Source: Octopus bimaculoides (taxonomy: Eukaryota). From it: 36,636 nt of DNA. The position numbers and the translations under genes are program-made. Where the stretch lies: contig NC_068982.1 of the NCBI RefSeq assembly GCF_001194135.2, positions 59,185,815-59,222,450 on the forward strand, written 5' to 3'. Of the stretch, positions 34,693 through 36,636 are shown in pieces. The notes below the pieces were generated by a model. That model was not told where the DNA came from. It was given only the letters and a program-made list of their open reading frames with translations, and made no database searches. How positions within the stretch are numbered: the first letter of the stretch is position 1; each line of letters opens with the position of its first letter.

Positions 34693-34960
34693 ATGGTGTA
34701 GTGTTTATGGTGCTGTACTCACAATCTAGTGATTGTAATTTCAATTCCTAGACTGCATGGTGTACTGTGGTCTTGAGCAAAATACTTCATTTCATGTTGT
34801 TCTGCAATCACTTCGACACCTAATACAAGGTACACAGTGCACCTGCTCAGACAATGTCAATCTGATGGAGGGAGTGAGCTAATGTACATTTGATCACTAT
34901 AAACAAACCGTTTGTGAAGGTCATTCAGCAAAAATTGAATGCTCATATGTCATCTTCAAT
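34693..34960 (+). mobile_element. Degenerate tRNA-derived SINE
   Basis: GGTGTAGTGTTTATGGTGCTGTACTCACAATC...TTCAATTCCTAGACTG...TGTGGTCTTGAGCAAAATACTTCATTTCATG, similar to 10037-10155. Confidence 0.55.
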
Positions 34961-35206
34961 GGGAGAGTCCATTATTATTATTATTATTATCATTATCATT
35001 AAAAATAGTTTGATACAGTTCCACGTGATGTAAAGTTTTGCAGGCTTCTAACAGAAGCCTGTCCAAGGCCTGAAAGAGACGGGCTTCTCTTAGAGGCCAG
35101 TGAAACTTGAAGTTGCATAGAACCAAATCAAACTGTTTTAAATAATACATGTAACTCCTATTAAATGTGTTGAATGCCCTTCTCTTTCATTTGTCCATTC
35201 ACTTGA

Positions 35207-35240
<34 letters not shown>

Positions 35241-35576
35241 ATTATTTAATACACACAATATATGTTTTTATGTGCTACTATTAATTTCATGGGCTGAGAG
35301 CATGCCAGCCAGTATTTTGTCACATGTCTCGTGTCCTAGCATCAGGCACTGCTCACATGGCATAACAAACTAAAACTTTTTAGTTCATTATACTATGTGG
35401 GCAGTGTCTGATGATTGTACTAGGACACCAGACATGTTAAAAAATACTGTCTGGCATTCTCTCAGCACATGGAACTAATAATAGCACATAAAAATATATA
35501 TTGCATTTATTAAATAATATTTATCTCTCACTAGATGGAGTCCTTTTTTTGTTGACCTTACCATGACAAAACAATA

Positions 35577-35621
<45 letters not shown>

Positions 35622-35660
35622 AATAAATGGAGTAATACGCATATGTTAAATGAATTCTTT

Positions 35661-35752
35661 TATTTCCGACATATGTTTCGAAGGTTACAAATGGTTCCTT
35701 CCAAAGGAATAAGTGACGTTGATAAAGATGTAATCTTCTCTTCAGGGAAATA
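35661..35752 (-). ncRNA. Type I hammerhead ribozyme with intact core, GUC site and an enlarged stem II loop
   Basis: Minus strand TATTTCC-CTGAAGA-GAAGATTACA-[39 nt]-TGTAACCTTC-GAA-AC-ATAT-GT-C-GGAAATA: 7-bp stem I, 10-bp stem II with one mismatch, palindromic ACATATGT stem III. Confidence 0.82.
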
Positions 35753-35905
35753 CATAAGAGCCAACTTAACTGTAAGACATTTTAACCGAATGTGATAACT
35801 GTGGGTAGAGAAGATTGCTATCTNNNNNNNNNNACATAAGAGCCAACTTAACTGTAAGACATTTTAACCGAATGTGATAACTGTGGGTAGAGAAGATTGC
35901 TATCT
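35752..35905. other. 72-bp exact duplication on either side of a 10-N gap (probable unmerged contig overlap)
   Basis: 35752-35823 is identical to 35834-35905. Confidence 0.85.
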
Positions 35906-36529
35906 ATCTTATTTGAAAAAACCGTTGAAGGTTGCAACACTACAAGACAGTACGTTGGACAAGGAGGGAAGAAAAGAAGTAAAAGAAGAAATTTAGAATT
36001 TAGAATGGGAAGTCAATAAAGTGATTTAAAACCTGATAAAAACAGGAACAACAATAACAAAACAGATAATAACCTAAGTAACAATAATTATAATAAGAAA
36101 TATAATAATAATAATTACCCCAACAACATCATTATTTNNNNNNNNNNATAAGCTATGTGAAAAGAACTTCATCAAGAGTATATTTAAGCATATCTTTATA
36201 TGCATATGTGTGTTTCTGAGTGCAAGTTAAAACTTACATTAGAAACTATCAATAGATATTACTGATTGAGTGACTATACAAATGTGTATCAGTGCATCAT
36301 ACTTGGGGTCTCCCCTCTGACTGTGAATTGTATACACATGCATGTTTGCATGTGTATACACACACACATGTGAGGAGTTGTGAAAGCTTATGTAAGTGTA
36401 TGTGTATGTGTGTGTACATGTCCGTGCGTATGCGTGTGTGTGAGAGCCTATTTCAGCATTCTTTGTTTATTAGTTTTGCAATTAACATTGTTATTAGAGA
36501 TCAAGATGAAATTAGAAATGTTATTTCAT

Positions 36530-36555
36530 GTGTATGTATATATATATGTATATAT

Positions 36556-36636
<81 letters not shown>
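36530..36636. repeat. (TA)n/(TG) microsatellite
   Basis: Direct reading. Confidence 0.95.

Noticed and set aside
35404-35436. GTGTCTGATGA...GACACCAGACA hairpin containing CTGATGA
   Set aside because: There is no GAAA arm and the core would be buried in a short stem.
35752-35905. Tandem duplication next to the hammerhead as a dimeric ribozyme unit
   Set aside because: The exact 72-bp copies flank a 10-N placeholder gap, typical of an unmerged overlap, and do not include the ribozyme core.

Overview
AT-rich, gap-ridden eukaryotic DNA, most likely a cephalopod (Octopus-type) intergenic or intronic region. The taxon is inferred from the SINE families and the microsatellite load, not from a search. 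I cannot support any intact protein-coding gene: nearly all ORFs in the track are microsatellite or N-gap artefacts. The window is mostly mobile-element debris. It holds a decayed mariner transposase split by a nested insertion, three RTE-clade LINE fragments, a deleted Tigger/pogo-like element, a TTAA piggyBac-type MITE, and many tRNA-derived SINEs. The SINEs include a bipartite family with an internal microsatellite. The most interesting signal is a set of type I hammerhead-ribozyme motifs. Two have intact cores (6743-6778 +, 35661-35752 -) and four are decayed. They fall in at least four unrelated short repeat families with no adjacent coding sequence, which suggests non-autonomous Penelope-derived or retrozyme-like elements. 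There are also three orphan hairpins and one candidate exon.
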